A stretch of DNA of 61,999 bases, the filler included, from a bacterium (GTDB lineage Bacteria > UBP15 > UBA6099 > JAJRTR01): NCBI GenBank assembly GCA_024278215.1. It is 5 parts of 5 records of this genome, joined end to end, with 100 filler letters (N's around TTAATTAATTAA, not from the genome) between each part and the next. Parts side by side here need not be neighbours in the genome. Positions count along the whole stretch, not along the records: positions 25,929 to 43,898 come from JAJRTR010000162.1; positions 43,999 to 55,268 come from JAJRTR010000166.1; 3 more parts are not named here. One strand, 5' to 3'. Under the pieces are notes generated by a model. The model had not been told where the DNA came from and ran no database searches. It saw only the letters and a list, made by a program, of their open reading frames with translations. Shown here piece by piece: positions 38,698-49,443 of the stretch. The position numbers and the translations under genes were made by a program. Each line of letters starts with the position of its first letter. The first letter of the stretch is position 1.

Positions 38698-38958
38698 TTA
38701 CGGCAACCGTTTCCCCTGCTCAGGTTTTGAGTTGACGACTTTCATCATCAGTGCCGTCCTGCACTCTGCGGCTACACGCTCGTATGCCTCTCGTATCGCA
38801 TCGAACACGTGCGCGGTCTCTCCTGTCACTATCGCGCTCATACAGCCACGGTCGACATCGATCCCCTTTTTCTCGATTATGTCGACGAAGCGTACTATGC
38901 GTTCGAGTACTTCCCCATCACACATCGGATATAAACTTACCTCCACCATCACCTGCAA
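38698..38958 (-). CDS. MTH1187/YkoF thiamine-binding family protein
   Basis: VEVSLYPM...MSAIVTGE..VFDAI; GGAGGG SD before TTG at 38958. Confidence 0.7.
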   Translation of the reverse strand: MQVMVEVSLYPMCDGEVLERIVRFVDIIEKKGIDVDRGCMSAIVTGETAHVFDAIREAYERVAAECRTALMMKVVNSKPEQGKRLP

Positions 38959-39016
38959 CTGGTTCACCCCTCCCGGATTCCGCCACATTACATGCACCTC
39001 TGCCGCGAACGGCTGC

Positions 39017-39039
39017 CTCACATATTTCACCGATGCGGG
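39017..39039 (-). repeat. Degenerate REP-like palindrome (family P)
   Basis: CTCACATATTTCACCGATGCGGG adjoining the stop of the GT-C gene. Confidence 0.6.
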
Positions 39040-40308
39040 CTACCCGTTTTCAAGCCTGTCCGCCCGGCGGTTTTTTCTCAGTATTGATTCAAAAAACAGT
39101 GCATAGCACAGGATATGTGTTATAAACATCGCACTTACATATCTTGGTTCATAATGAGTCAATCCATATAGTAGCACAATAAAAAACATCGGGAAAAAGA
39201 CAAATAACATGTCGGGATTTTTCAGCAATAATATTAACGCGTAAAGTATGGACGCAGCGCTCAGCAGAGCCAGGGCAATCTTCATCGCCATGACTGTTCC
39301 GGCTCCAATTCCGGTTATATCCTCGATCTTGTAATTCAACCCGCTGCTGCGGACCACCATGAACATCCTCTTTATCATGGCTTTTACAATGAATCCGGGA
39401 TATTCCTTTACTGCTTTGAAGTATTTGTTTTTCCAGTATTCGTTGGCCTCATAACTGCCGTCGACAAGACCGAGCGCCACGACCTCTTTCGCTCTTGCTG
39501 CGTCGTCGCAGAGCGCTCCCATCGGGTTGTCGGGGTACACACATCCTATCGGCTCCCAGAATGCGTTCCATGAGCAGGTTGTCGTCGGAATAAAATGGCC
39601 GTATTTCTGATAATTTCTGATCGGCCACCAGGAATACACAATGATAAAACCTGCAAAAAGAAGACCGATTTTCAACAGGTCGACCCTGAATCCATTCCTC
39701 TTTAACAATGAATAGGGTATCGCAAGCAGTACGACAAAAAACGGCATAACAAAGAATTCGCCACGCACATAAAACAACACAGCGATCACCACGCCGGTGA
39801 CGGCGCTCAAATATATTTTATTCCCCTTGAATGAAGCTACTATCAGAAGCATCGCGATAAGAAAAAGCGCCGGCGACAACGCCTCGGCCATCGCAAATCC
39901 CGATTGTATGACAAACACAGGCATATAGGCATATCCCGCCGCTGCCAGTATTGATACTCCCGATCTGGCGAATATCATCATGCCGAGCCAGTAGACCAGA
40001 AGCACCGCCAGGGCATCTATCGTTATCTGGGCGATCCTGACTCTTGTCACCCACACATCCCTGTCTTTGTCGAAGAACAGAGACATGAAAATCGAATACC
40101 CGGGAAGACGGTTCACGTTGAATATCTTTTTGTTATGCACAAAATATTCGCCGGAAGAAAGATATATACCGTGGATTCCTCCAAAGTAGTTCTCTTGCGA
40201 CCATTCCGTGTAGTTTCCATAACCCAGACTTTTCACAACGCTGAACCGTAGTATCCAGCCGGTCACAACAAGCACAAAAAGTGTTATGAAAACGTATTTC
40301 CTGTTCAT
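39040..40308 (-). CDS. GT-C fold membrane glycosyltransferase (GT39/ArnT-like)
   Basis: Multiple TM helices; RLPGYSIF, AEAL, WPIRNY..YG.F, EPRY. Confidence 0.72.
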   Translation of the reverse strand: MNRKYVFITLFVLVVTGWILRFSVVKSLGYGNYTEWSQENYFGGIHGIYLSSGEYFVHNKKIFNVNRLPGYSIFMSLFFDKDRDVWVTRVRIAQITIDALAVLLVYWLGMMIFARSGVSILAAAGYAYMPVFVIQSGFAMAEALSPALFLIAMLLIVASFKGNKIYLSAVTGVVIAVLFYVRGEFFVMPFFVVLLAIPYSLLKRNGFRVDLLKIGLLFAGFIIVYSWWPIRNYQKYGHFIPTTTCSWNAFWEPIGCVYPDNPMGALCDDAARAKEVVALGLVDGSYEANEYWKNKYFKAVKEYPGFIVKAMIKRMFMVVRSSGLNYKIEDITGIGAGTVMAMKIALALLSAASILYALILLLKNPDMLFVFFPMFFIVLLYGLTHYEPRYVSAMFITHILCYALFFESILRKNRRADRLENG

Positions 40309-40375
40309 TTTTCCAGCTCCTCGACACAACTTTTTGCGTGAAATATCCGTCGTCAATTGCTCGTCTCCGATATCT

Positions 40376-42271
40376 TTATGTGTTTACCGTATAATTATCC
40401 CACTGGTCCATACACTTGAGCAGAACGAAAAGATTCCATATTTTTTTCCTGTTGTCTTCATGGCCCGCGACGTGTCGTTCGAGTATTCCGCGCACCGCAT
40501 CGGGTCTGAAAAGCCCGTCCCTGCCGAGCCGGTCGGCGGAAAGTGTGTCGAGAATCTCTTCTTTCAAGTCTTTTTTTATCCAGGCCGTGAGCGGTATGCC
40601 GAAGCCCTTCTTTTTGCGGGCGAGCACAAATGGCGGCACAACACCCGCGACGGCTTTCTTGAGAAGGTATTTCGTTTTCAGCCCCCTCAGTTTGAACCCG
40701 GCGGGCAGAGTGCAGACAAACTCGACGATCCTGTGATCGAGCATCGGTGTGCGCACTTCGAGCGAGTGCATCATACTCGCCCGGTCCACCTTCGCCAGCA
40801 TATTCTCGGCGAGAAAATAGCGCACATCGAGGAACAATGATTTGTCCAGATCGCTCATGCTTTGCATGTTGCTTCCCAGCGATTCCTCAGGCAGGCTGAA
40901 AATATTATTATTTTTGACTTTATCGTATATTTCGGCTGACAGCACGCCGCTTTTTTCATGCGGCGCGAAGGGGCCGAGCCATACAAAATGGCGCGCGACA
41001 GTATCGTAGTTCATGCCGTTGAGAAATTTGCCGAGCATATAAACAGGCGTAAGATTCTTTTCCGACACGGGCATCATCGCCACAGCCGCCGCGAGCGCTT
41101 TCCTGACAAAAGAAGGAAGTGCCCTGAAGTATGGGAAAAACTTGTGTGCCTGGTATGTCTGGTAGCCGCCGAAAAGTTCGTCCGCACCGTCGCCGCTGAG
41201 AGCAACCGTCACATGCCGCCGCGTGAATCGCGACAGCAGGCTGGTCGGTATCAGCGACGGGTCGGACAGAGGTTCGTCGAGATACCCCAGCACTTCCGGC
41301 AGAATACCGGCCATTGTGCCCGGAGACAGCATTTCCTGCCTGTGGTCGGTGCCGATAGCGGCGGCGGCCCTGCGCGCGTATTCGGATTCGTCGAACGAAG
41401 GTTCCTCGAACCCGACGCTGAAGCTCTTTATGTTCGGAGAAAAGCGCGTGGCGACCGAGGCAATGCAGGTCGAGTCCAGACCGCCGCTCAGGAACGATCC
41501 CACCGGCACATCGGCGATGAGCCGCAGCCGCACGGCATCCTCGATCAGCTCCATCAGCCTCTCGGCGGCATCGTCTTCGCTCATTGTAAAGTCCGCCGCG
41601 CGTGGCAGGTCCCAGTATCTTTCAACTTTACATCTGCCGCCGGAATATATCAGCATCTCGCCGGGGCCAAGCTTGTTGATGCCGCTGATTATCGTTCCGG
41701 GCGGCGGCACATATTCATAAGTCAGGTATTGATTGAGGCATTGAAAATCAATTTGCGAGTCGACGCCGGGTGCCGCGAGTATGGCTTTCATTTCCGAGCC
41801 GAAAATCAGCCGTCCGCGCCGTGCTGAATAATACAACGGTTTTATACCAAGCCGGTCCCTGTACAGCAACAGTTTTTTCTTTCCTCTGTCCCATAGCGCG
41901 ATGCCGAACATCCCGTTGAGGTGATGGACGAAAGCGTCGCCGTATTCTTCATACAGGTGCGGGATGACTTCAGTATCTGAACTCGTTTTGAACCTGTGCC
42001 CCTTCGACTCCAGGCCGATCTTCAGAGCGCGGTAATTATATATCTCACCGTTGAAAACGACTTTGACCTTGCCGTCCTCATTTCCCATGGGCTGCCTGCC
42101 CGTGCTGAGGTCGATGATCGAAAGCCGGCGCATGCCGAGCGACGCACGCGCGCCGAAGTAATAGCCGTCTTCGTCCGGTCCGCGCCGCCGCAGCGTCTCG
42201 CACATCGCCCTGACCGCCCGCTCGAGCGGCCCCGTTTCACTTTCGTTGACTATTCCGCAGATTCCGCACAT
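40376..42271 (-). CDS. asnB: Asparagine synthase (glutamine-hydrolysing)-like amidotransferase
   Basis: MCGICG, RRLSIIDL, FNGEIYN, FLSGGLDS, SGDGADELFGGY, KVDRASM. Confidence 0.93.
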   Translation of the reverse strand: MCGICGIVNESETGPLERAVRAMCETLRRRGPDEDGYYFGARASLGMRRLSIIDLSTGRQPMGNEDGKVKVVFNGEIYNYRALKIGLESKGHRFKTSSDTEVIPHLYEEYGDAFVHHLNGMFGIALWDRGKKKLLLYRDRLGIKPLYYSARRGRLIFGSEMKAILAAPGVDSQIDFQCLNQYLTYEYVPPPGTIISGINKLGPGEMLIYSGGRCKVERYWDLPRAADFTMSEDDAAERLMELIEDAVRLRLIADVPVGSFLSGGLDSTCIASVATRFSPNIKSFSVGFEEPSFDESEYARRAAAAIGTDHRQEMLSPGTMAGILPEVLGYLDEPLSDPSLIPTSLLSRFTRRHVTVALSGDGADELFGGYQTYQAHKFFPYFRALPSFVRKALAAAVAMMPVSEKNLTPVYMLGKFLNGMNYDTVARHFVWLGPFAPHEKSGVLSAEIYDKVKNNNIFSLPEESLGSNMQSMSDLDKSLFLDVRYFLAENMLAKVDRASMMHSLEVRTPMLDHRIVEFVCTLPAGFKLRGLKTKYLLKKAVAGVVPPFVLARKKKGFGIPLTAWIKKDLKEEILDTLSADRLGRDGLFRPDAVRGILERHVAGHEDNRKKIWNLFVLLKCMDQWDNYTVNT

Positions 42272-42386
42272 AAACCGTTTCCCGTTTCAAGGCAGCCTGC
42301 ACGGCATATAAAGATCATTAACCTGAAGCAATTAGAAAATTCCGATTATGTCGCGACCGGCGGCATTCGGCTCCCCTGATTATTTA

Positions 42387-43409
42387 TCAGACACCGGAAT
42401 ACTTCCTGGAACTCGTCGCAGTGCGTACCGGGTTATTCATGTTCGCAAGGTAAACACCCGCGATCACCGTCGCCGTGCCGCCGAGCAGCATCGGCGTAAC
42501 CGGCTCGCGGATCGTCGCCCAGGCTATTATCATAGTAATCGCGCATTGCAGGTATATCATGTTGGACACAAAAACTATGCCGAGCGCCGCCATCGTACGG
42601 TTCCACACAATAAACGCCAGCGCCGAACAGAAGACGCCCAGGAAGATCACTCCCAGAAGTGATACAGGCGTGATAGCGGTCGCCCGGCCCGCGCTGAATT
42701 CCCAGGCGGAAAACGGCAGCAGGCAGATCACTCCCGCGAAAATCATTTTCCTGGACACCAGCAGCGCGTCGTATTTCTCGACAATCTTTTTCCCCACAAG
42801 CGTGTAGGCCGCCCACGCCGCCGCGGACAATACTATCATCAGGTCGCCCAGTGGGTTCAAATCGAAATTTACTTGGCCGTTCCACACAACAAACGCGCTG
42901 CCAAGGAACGCAAGCGCCGTGCCCGCCCAGTTTATCGGGCCGGGCCGCAGCCCGAAGAATAGCGACGCACCTATCAGTGTGAAAACCGGCGCGAGCGACA
43001 CAATTATAGAAGCGTTTGTGGCAGTCGTATGTATCAGCCCGAAGTTCTCGAATGTAAAGTATAGAAAAACACCGAAAACACCCATCAGGTACATCGTCGT
43101 GACATCCCGCCTGCCAGGCGGATGTTTCGCTTTGCCGTTGCCGCCGTTCGGCACCATATACAAAACAGCCAGAGCCAGGAGAAACCGCAGAAAAGCGAGT
43201 GTAAAAGGCGGGATGATCCCGTCGCGCACCGTCAGCCTGATTATCACATAGGAAAAACCCCATATAACCATAACCAGGATCACGAGAAATACATTGAAGA
43301 AAAAGGTGAGCCTGCCGGTCGGTTGAGACTTCCCACCAGCGCCTGTGTTCGCATCATGGTTCATCTCCGGGTTCACATTTCTGTTATTGTCAAAACCGGT
43401 TTCGGACAT
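42387..43409 (-). CDS. DMT/EamA family transporter
   Basis: IWGFSY, LAFLRF, GDLMIVLSAAAWAAY; about 10 hydrophobic segments. Confidence 0.9.
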   Translation of the reverse strand: MSETGFDNNRNVNPEMNHDANTGAGGKSQPTGRLTFFFNVFLVILVMVIWGFSYVIIRLTVRDGIIPPFTLAFLRFLLALAVLYMVPNGGNGKAKHPPGRRDVTTMYLMGVFGVFLYFTFENFGLIHTTATNASIIVSLAPVFTLIGASLFFGLRPGPINWAGTALAFLGSAFVVWNGQVNFDLNPLGDLMIVLSAAAWAAYTLVGKKIVEKYDALLVSRKMIFAGVICLLPFSAWEFSAGRATAITPVSLLGVIFLGVFCSALAFIVWNRTMAALGIVFVSNMIYLQCAITMIIAWATIREPVTPMLLGGTATVIAGVYLANMNNPVRTATSSRKYSGV

Positions 43410-43658
43410 AATTCATCCACATTCGCGCACCCATCGCCATAGTTCGCATACGCGCAAAACGATTGTTATTGATCATCAGATATTATTATACAATCAATGG
43501 TTAATAGGAAATATTGTTCGGTTTTCATTTTACAAAACATGCAACTGTTCACTGGTGCAGATTTTGCAAAAACAGCTTATAATATCTGTAGCTTCTTCGC
43601 TTCACTCAGGATGACATCCCCCGGATTATGAGTTTTATACAATGCTGTCAGTAAAGCA

Positions 43659-43779
43659 TGGAATGCAAAAACGTCAGTTTTTGCGAAATGTATCTTTTAT
43701 ATTATGCCGTCTTCACACTTGCAGCGACACAGCCACTGCGTTCCAGGCTTTTTACTCCACCCGCAGTGAACAGTTTCAG
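43659..43779 (+). repeat. ~120-bp repeat family C
   Basis: Reverse-complement match to 51003-51126, including 32 identical bases TGGAATGCAAAAACGTCAGTTTTTGCGAAATG. Confidence 0.75.
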
Positions 43780-43898
43780 GACTCCTGACCTGGGAGAAGG
43801 GTAAAAAAGAGGGCATGGCGAGAGAGGCACACAAAAAAGCGTATGAATAAAGGGAAAAAGTTGAGTGGAGAGAAAGATAACAAAATATGACGGGACGC

Positions 43899-43998
43899 NN
43901 NNNNNNNNNNNNNNNNNNNNNNNNNNNNNNNNNNNNNNNNNNTTAATTAATTAANNNNNNNNNNNNNNNNNNNNNNNNNNNNNNNNNNNNNNNNNNNN
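43899..43998. other. Artificial contig linker
   Basis: N44-TTAATTAATTAA-N44. Confidence 0.97.
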
Positions 43999-44332
43999 CA
44001 GGAAGAAATTTTATTTTAAGTTCATCTGAACCAGAAAGAAGCGGGATAGTCGAGAGCAGGCCGGAGGCGTGTGCTGTAAGAGCGGTGGACGCGCAGGCGG
44101 CGGCAAGCTCCTCCATGCAGAGGCAATGCGCTATCAGTCCCGCGCCGCTTCCACCTGTTTTCTTTGGGACTACGTGGCATAGCAGGCCCGCCGAGGCGAT
44201 CTTCTTCAGTTGCTCATGCGCGGGCTTCTTACGTGCGTCCACTTCTTCAGCAGCAGGAGATATTTCTTTCGCACACAACTCTCGCGCAGCTTTTTGAACT
44301 TCCTGTTGTTGCTCCGTAAAATTCAGGTCCAT
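43999..44332 (-). CDS. Acyl-CoA dehydrogenase, N-terminal part (truncated by contig end)
   Basis: MDLNFTEQQQEVQKAAREL, GGSGAG, EELAAAC. Confidence 0.85.
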
Positions 44333-44333
44333 A

Positions 44334-45515
44334 TCAGCTTTTCATCCCTTCCTTCTTTGCCTTTTTCAGGTTCATTATCATGCGGGAAATAATATTGCGC
44401 TGGATTTCAGAAGTTCCGCCTCCGATTGTGCCGAGCTTGGCGTCCCTGTAACCCCATTCGACCGGATACTCTTTCATATAACCATAGCCGCCGTGAATCT
44501 GTACGGCATGGTCCGCCAGCTTCAAACCCATCTCCGTTATAAATAGCTTGGAGATTGATGCTTCAAGCATTGCGGGCATCTCATTCTTTTTCATCCAGGC
44601 CACCTTGTACATGATGCGCTTTGACGCCGCATGAATCATCTTCATTTCAGCGAGCTTGCTTTGCACTGCCTGAAATTCAGATATGGAGCGTCCGAACTGT
44701 TTTCTGTCTTTTGCGTACTGCGAGCAAATCTCTATCGCAGCCGCCATGCCCCCTACACCCGCGGCGAGAAGGCATGAGCGTTCCCACTCGAGAATAGTTT
44801 TCCCCACCTGGAGAAATCCGTATCCTTCAGCCCCGAGCATATTTTCAGCAGGAACCTCGCAATCCTCGAAGATCAGCTCCGAAGTAGTGGAAGTGCGATT
44901 ACCCATCTTGTTGAGTTCTTTGCCCACAGAAAATCCGGGGAAATCCTTCTCCACTATAAACGCGCTTATTCCCATGTGCTTCATTTCTTTGTTTGTAACG
45001 GCGATAACAACAAAAACATTACCTATGGGGCCGTTAGTAATAAACATCTTCGTGCCGTTAAGGATATACTTGTCTCCTTTTTTTACTGCGGTGGTCTGAA
45101 CGCCCGCCGCGTCGGACCCAGCGCCCGGTTCTGTAAGCCCGAATCCGCCGATCCATTCCGCCGATGCTATTTTCGTCAGATATTTCTTCTTTTGCTCTTC
45201 GGTGCCAACCAGCCAGATGGGAACCCCGCACAGGACAGTATGCGCTCCCCAGGAAAGACAGAGTCCGGCAGTCGCTCCACCGTGGCCCAGCGCCTCCATT
45301 CCGATAAGCGTGGTGAGAATGTCCGCTCCCGCCCCACCGTATTCCTCGGGAAACGGCAGGCCCATCATCCCGTACTCCGCCATCTTCTTCCAGGCAGGCC
45401 ACGGAAACTCGCCCCTGGTTTCGTACTCTTCCATCAACGGCATAATCTCGTTACGTGAGAATTTATAAACAGCGTCTCTGAAAGCAAGCTGTTCTTCCGT
45501 TAAGCTGTAATCCAT
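44334..45515 (-). CDS. Acyl-CoA dehydrogenase
   Basis: GLTEPGAGSDA, LNGTKMFITNG, RKQFGR.I..FQ, QIHGGYGY, GGGTSEIQR. Confidence 0.95.
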   Translation of the reverse strand: MDYSLTEEQLAFRDAVYKFSRNEIMPLMEEYETRGEFPWPAWKKMAEYGMMGLPFPEEYGGAGADILTTLIGMEALGHGGATAGLCLSWGAHTVLCGVPIWLVGTEEQKKKYLTKIASAEWIGGFGLTEPGAGSDAAGVQTTAVKKGDKYILNGTKMFITNGPIGNVFVVIAVTNKEMKHMGISAFIVEKDFPGFSVGKELNKMGNRTSTTSELIFEDCEVPAENMLGAEGYGFLQVGKTILEWERSCLLAAGVGGMAAAIEICSQYAKDRKQFGRSISEFQAVQSKLAEMKMIHAASKRIMYKVAWMKKNEMPAMLEASISKLFITEMGLKLADHAVQIHGGYGYMKEYPVEWGYRDAKLGTIGGGTSEIQRNIISRMIMNLKKAKKEGMKS

Positions 45516-45552
45516 TGCCACCGCTCCTTTCGACAAGTGATGCTTATCCTAT

Positions 45553-45578
45553 CCCGCATATTTTTTCACCAATGCGGG
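45553..45578 (-). repeat. REP-like palindrome (family P)
   Basis: CCCGCATATTTTTTCACCAATGCGGG between tetR and the acyl-CoA dehydrogenase gene. Confidence 0.75.
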
Positions 45579-45582
45579 CTAC

Positions 45583-46191
45583 TCATTTCTTCTCGCATTC
45601 AAGACATCTGATTATCAGGTCATACACTGAGTCTGCTTTTTCGATTAGACTGTCTTTCGAGTCCTGAAAAAGCCACCTGAGTGCAAATGCCCGCAGAGTA
45701 GCGAACAGCATGTATGCAGCATCTTCGGTGTTCACCAGGCGGAACTCTCCTTTTTTGACACCATTCCGAATCTCTTTTTCCATGAAAACAATATGCTCCT
45801 GATAGGCAGATAAAATGCTGTTCTTGACTTCACTCTCAAAATCCAGCTTTTCCATCAACAGCATCTGGAAGAATGATTTCCGATTTTCAAAAAACTCAAA
45901 CTCCGCTCGAATGAGTGCCGCCAGCCGTTTCTTCGGTTCTTCAACATCTTTGATTCGCTTCTCAACGCTTTTTGTAAGAATTGCATAGCCTCTCGAAAGA
46001 ATAGCGTTTAGAATCGCATCCTTTGAATCGAAACACTTATATAGCGTAAACTTAGAAATCAGAGCGCGTTCCGCTATTTCATTCACGGTTGCTCCGTGAA
46101 AACCTTTTTTCATAAAAACTTCCTGGGCGGCATCCAGAATCTCACCGTTTCTCTTTCGTTCACGTTTTTCTTTAATACTCAGTTCACTCAT
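45583..46191 (-). CDS. TetR/AcrR family transcriptional regulator
   Basis: ILDAAQEVFMKKGFHGATVNEIAERA.ISKFTLY..F.SK. Confidence 0.92.
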   Translation of the reverse strand: MSELSIKEKRERKRNGEILDAAQEVFMKKGFHGATVNEIAERALISKFTLYKCFDSKDAILNAILSRGYAILTKSVEKRIKDVEEPKKRLAALIRAEFEFFENRKSFFQMLLMEKLDFESEVKNSILSAYQEHIVFMEKEIRNGVKKGEFRLVNTEDAAYMLFATLRAFALRWLFQDSKDSLIEKADSVYDLIIRCLECEKK

Positions 46192-46279
46192 TTACAATAT
46201 CTCCCTTACTATGTGACCGATGTAAAACCTGATAGTTATGAAATCAATTCTCATTTGGAAATTGATCGACAACATGAGT

Positions 46280-47143
46280 TCAGTCCCTTTTCGGAAGATT
46301 CAATATCTCCCGCGCCTCGTCCGGTGTGGCCGGTTTACGATCCAGCATACGGGCCATGTCCGCTACCTTCGCGACCTGTTCCCAACTTCCCTTCGCCAGT
46401 TCTTTGCCGCTTATATAGAGATTGTCCTCGAGACCCACTCGCAAGTTACCGCCCATCACTATCGCGGCCATGTTCGCCTGAAATGAATTTGGGCCTACCC
46501 CGCAGACACACCACGTAGAACCAGCAGGTATGGAATTAACGAAAGCAACCAGGTAATCCATTCTGAACCTGATTCCACCGGCCACTCCGAACACGAAGTT
46601 AAAGTGCATTGGCTCTTCAAGAATTTTCTGCTTCTGGAGAAGAAGCACATTGTGAACGTGTCCGATATCGTACACTTCGCACTCGGGCTTAACATTGTTT
46701 TCCAGCATGATTTTGGCAAATTTTTTCACCATATCGAGCTTGTTTTCAAAAACAAAATCGAATATTATCTCGCCGGTCTTGTGATCCGCTAATGCAAAAT
46801 TCATGGTGCCTGTATTCAGGGATGCGAAATCAGGTTTGAATTCAGGTATGTGATGGATTCTTTCTTTCTCCGGCACACCGACACCGACCGCCGTGCTGAG
46901 ATTAATCAGAATCGGGCAGCGCTCACGTATGCCGTTCACTATACCGCCCATGATTTCCAGGTTGGAAGTCGGCATCCCCGTTTCGGGATCGCGGGCATGT
47001 ATATGCACAATCGCAGCCCCGTTTTCATAGCACTTCACGGCTTCTTCAATAAACTCATCCTTCTTGTACGGTACATTTGGATTTTGCTCTTTACGTGTTG
47101 CCGCGCCAGTAAGCGCCGCTGTGATCACTACTTTGTCAGACAT
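46280..47143 (-). CDS. Beta-keto acid cleavage enzyme (BKACE/DUF849, Kce family)
   Basis: ITAALTGA, GAAIVHIHARD, ASLNTGTMNF, KPECEVYD.GH, RVGLEDN, ATPDEAR. Confidence 0.92.
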   Translation of the reverse strand: MSDKVVITAALTGAATRKEQNPNVPYKKDEFIEEAVKCYENGAAIVHIHARDPETGMPTSNLEIMGGIVNGIRERCPILINLSTAVGVGVPEKERIHHIPEFKPDFASLNTGTMNFALADHKTGEIIFDFVFENKLDMVKKFAKIMLENNVKPECEVYDIGHVHNVLLLQKQKILEEPMHFNFVFGVAGGIRFRMDYLVAFVNSIPAGSTWCVCGVGPNSFQANMAAIVMGGNLRVGLEDNLYISGKELAKGSWEQVAKVADMARMLDRKPATPDEAREILNLPKRD

Positions 47144-47190
47144 TTACGAACCTCCATTATTTTGTTATCGTCGTATTCAATGCGTCCCGT

Positions 47191-48255
47191 TTATCCCGGC
47201 ACGCTGCGCCCCGCCATTTTTCGAATAAGCTTGATGGGATTTGTTTTCATCATTCCTTCTTCTTGCATCCACTCGACAACCTCTTCGACTCCGCGCTCCG
47301 GTGTTGGATACTCGAACTCGTAGCCGAGGTCAAGAATTTTTTTGTTGCTGATGTAAACATCTACCGGGAAAATCTCCAGAGGCCCTTTTTCCAGGAGAGG
47401 CCGGGATTTTGTAACGTTCTTCGCAATCCATTCTGATATACTCGCCGCGATAAGACCTGCTTCCCTCGATATTTCAGGAGGCACAAAAAGCGGCACTGTA
47501 GGCTTACCCATAGCCTTCGCAATCAGCTTGATGAAGCCGGGAATCGTGATCCCGGAACTGTCAACCACGCAGTATTCTTCTCCTGCGGCTTCCTCTTTGT
47601 CCGCCACGAAAATCGACGCGCCGCCCATATCCCTGGCATGTACAGTACCAAGACGGTACTTAAAATTAGCCGGATAAAAAACAACCGGCAATGCCGCGAA
47701 AATATCGAACATCTGCGCGGCTCCATATTTCGCCCGTGGGCCATACACAACCCCTGGCCGCACGATTGTCGTGGCCAGTTTCCCTTCTTCATTGAACCTG
47801 TGCGCGATCTGGTCCTGCTTGTGTTTTGTTACGCTATAATCTTCTATCGGCGATTTTGGATAATCCTCACATATCGGGAGTTTGTCGAACTGCTGGTTAC
47901 CGTATACACCGCTCGTGCTCCAGGAAACCAGCCTGCGGACTCCTGCCTCGCTCGCCGCCATGCAGAGGTTTTCCATTCCCTGCACATTTACCGCCTCCAG
48001 CAGTTCCAGAGATGCGGACCAGTCGAATATCGCCGCGGTATGCAGCACGACATCCACATCTTTGACAACAGTCCTGAGGCTTTCCGGATCGGTGAGGTCA
48101 CTTGGTATGAACTCGGCGCCTGACGGAAGATAGCTTCTGTCCGCTCCCACCATGTCCGTAGCCCTGAAGTCCAATCCCCGCTCGTGCAGCAAGTCACACA
48201 AATGCGACCCGGTAAAACCGCACGCGCCCGTTACCAGATATTTCGTTTCACTCAT
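47191..48255 (-). CDS. Extended SDR (NAD-dependent epimerase/3-beta-HSD-like)
   Basis: VTGACGFTG, YSVTK catalytic motif, RPGVVYGP. Confidence 0.9.
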   Translation of the reverse strand: MSETKYLVTGACGFTGSHLCDLLHERGLDFRATDMVGADRSYLPSGAEFIPSDLTDPESLRTVVKDVDVVLHTAAIFDWSASLELLEAVNVQGMENLCMAASEAGVRRLVSWSTSGVYGNQQFDKLPICEDYPKSPIEDYSVTKHKQDQIAHRFNEEGKLATTIVRPGVVYGPRAKYGAAQMFDIFAALPVVFYPANFKYRLGTVHARDMGGASIFVADKEEAAGEEYCVVDSSGITIPGFIKLIAKAMGKPTVPLFVPPEISREAGLIAASISEWIAKNVTKSRPLLEKGPLEIFPVDVYISNKKILDLGYEFEYPTPERGVEEVVEWMQEEGMMKTNPIKLIRKMAGRSVPG

Positions 48256-48314
48256 ATCTTGTTTTCCCCCTTTTTATTGTTTCTGTTCTATATTTTCCGC
48301 ATCAGAACACAGCA

Positions 48315-49424
48315 TCAGTATTCTCCAAATTCACAGCCGCCCATCCGTCCATCGAAAGTATCTATGAGTTCATAGGCTCCACCCGATTTGCGGTAAAGTT
48401 TCACCGTTCCGGATGCGTGGTGTCCGTTCCATAGCTGGTTGTGCTTTTTTTCTCCGTCCGGATTTTCATAGTTGAACAACTGCATGTAATCGCGCGGACA
48501 CGAGAAACTTATTTCGATTTTCGCATTTTTATTCCATGCGGTGATATCCCATATCCCTTTTTTATCTGTAGTTTTACAAACAAAACGTTGTTTGGGATTC
48601 AGCCATACCTTCGAGAAATTGAACTCATACAGTTGGCCTTCATGATAAAAGGCAACGAGAAGTCTCCTGGGCAGATTCATTCCGAAAAAAACCGGTTGTG
48701 CGCCTCCAACATCCATACTTGTCATTTTAAGTTTTTTCCCAGTGGAATGGCTTGTGAAATTGTTGCAGTTCAACCAGACCCAGTTTCTCGTGTAATCAGT
48801 GCCCCAGTTCTTATCCTGGTAACCACAGCATGTGTCCGGAGTTATGCCGTACTCCTCGCCATTAAATTCTATTGTTCCTGTATATTCAGTTTTCATTCCC
48901 TCTACATGCCAGAACATTTGGAAGGCACTAAGCGTGCGTAACGGTTTTGACGCCCCGAAACCAACGTCATACGACAGTACCTTTTTGACTTTAATATCCC
49001 AGCTCATTTCTCCTGCGTTCGCCATGAATTCCGGGTGCGCCAAAGATTCTTCCTTTGTTATCCTGACCGCCCCCTTGATATGGGTTTCCGTCGCGGTGTG
49101 TGCCCCGATCCTGACATCCATTTTTTGCGGCGAAGCGGAAAAGTCATCGATGCCGTAGAAATTGTGAATCTGCACCGCGCCTTCCTTGCCCCAACTCCCG
49201 GCTTTCAGCATGGCATAAGAAGGTTTAATGCCTTTTCGCTTGTTTTCTTCAAGCTGGCCCAGGATGGGTTCTTTCCCGCCAAGCGCGGGATTCACGACAT
49301 AATATTCGATAAAGAATGGTCTTTCTTCCCCGGTTGCCTTGCTTATGCCCACCAGCGAATGCCACCACCAGTCATAGCCTCTTCGGGCAAGCCGGCCTTT
49401 GAGCATGTATCCGTTTCTGCTCAT
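48315..49424 (-). CDS. Tocopherol-cyclase-family protein
   Basis: GYDWWWHS, GYQDKNWG.D..RNWVWLNCN, C-terminal GCEFGEY. Confidence 0.75.
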   Translation of the reverse strand: MSRNGYMLKGRLARRGYDWWWHSLVGISKATGEERPFFIEYYVVNPALGGKEPILGQLEENKRKGIKPSYAMLKAGSWGKEGAVQIHNFYGIDDFSASPQKMDVRIGAHTATETHIKGAVRITKEESLAHPEFMANAGEMSWDIKVKKVLSYDVGFGASKPLRTLSAFQMFWHVEGMKTEYTGTIEFNGEEYGITPDTCCGYQDKNWGTDYTRNWVWLNCNNFTSHSTGKKLKMTSMDVGGAQPVFFGMNLPRRLLVAFYHEGQLYEFNFSKVWLNPKQRFVCKTTDKKGIWDITAWNKNAKIEISFSCPRDYMQLFNYENPDGEKKHNQLWNGHHASGTVKLYRKSGGAYELIDTFDGRMGGCEFGEY

Positions 49425-49443
49425 CCTTTTCCCCCCCTTACCT

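Noticed and set aside
20361-42271. Lasso-peptide cluster suggested by NTP_transf_5-like gene plus asnB
   Set aside because: Genes are on different contigs; AsnB keeps its N-terminal Cys glutaminase domain; no precursor, RRE or B2 protease seen
21592-43616. Two similar 25-mers (GAGATCCTTCGATTCGCTCAGAATG at 21592; TTCTTCGCTTCACTCAGGATGACA at 43593)
   Set aside because: Probably decayed halves of a REP-type repeat; too short and divergent to support a call
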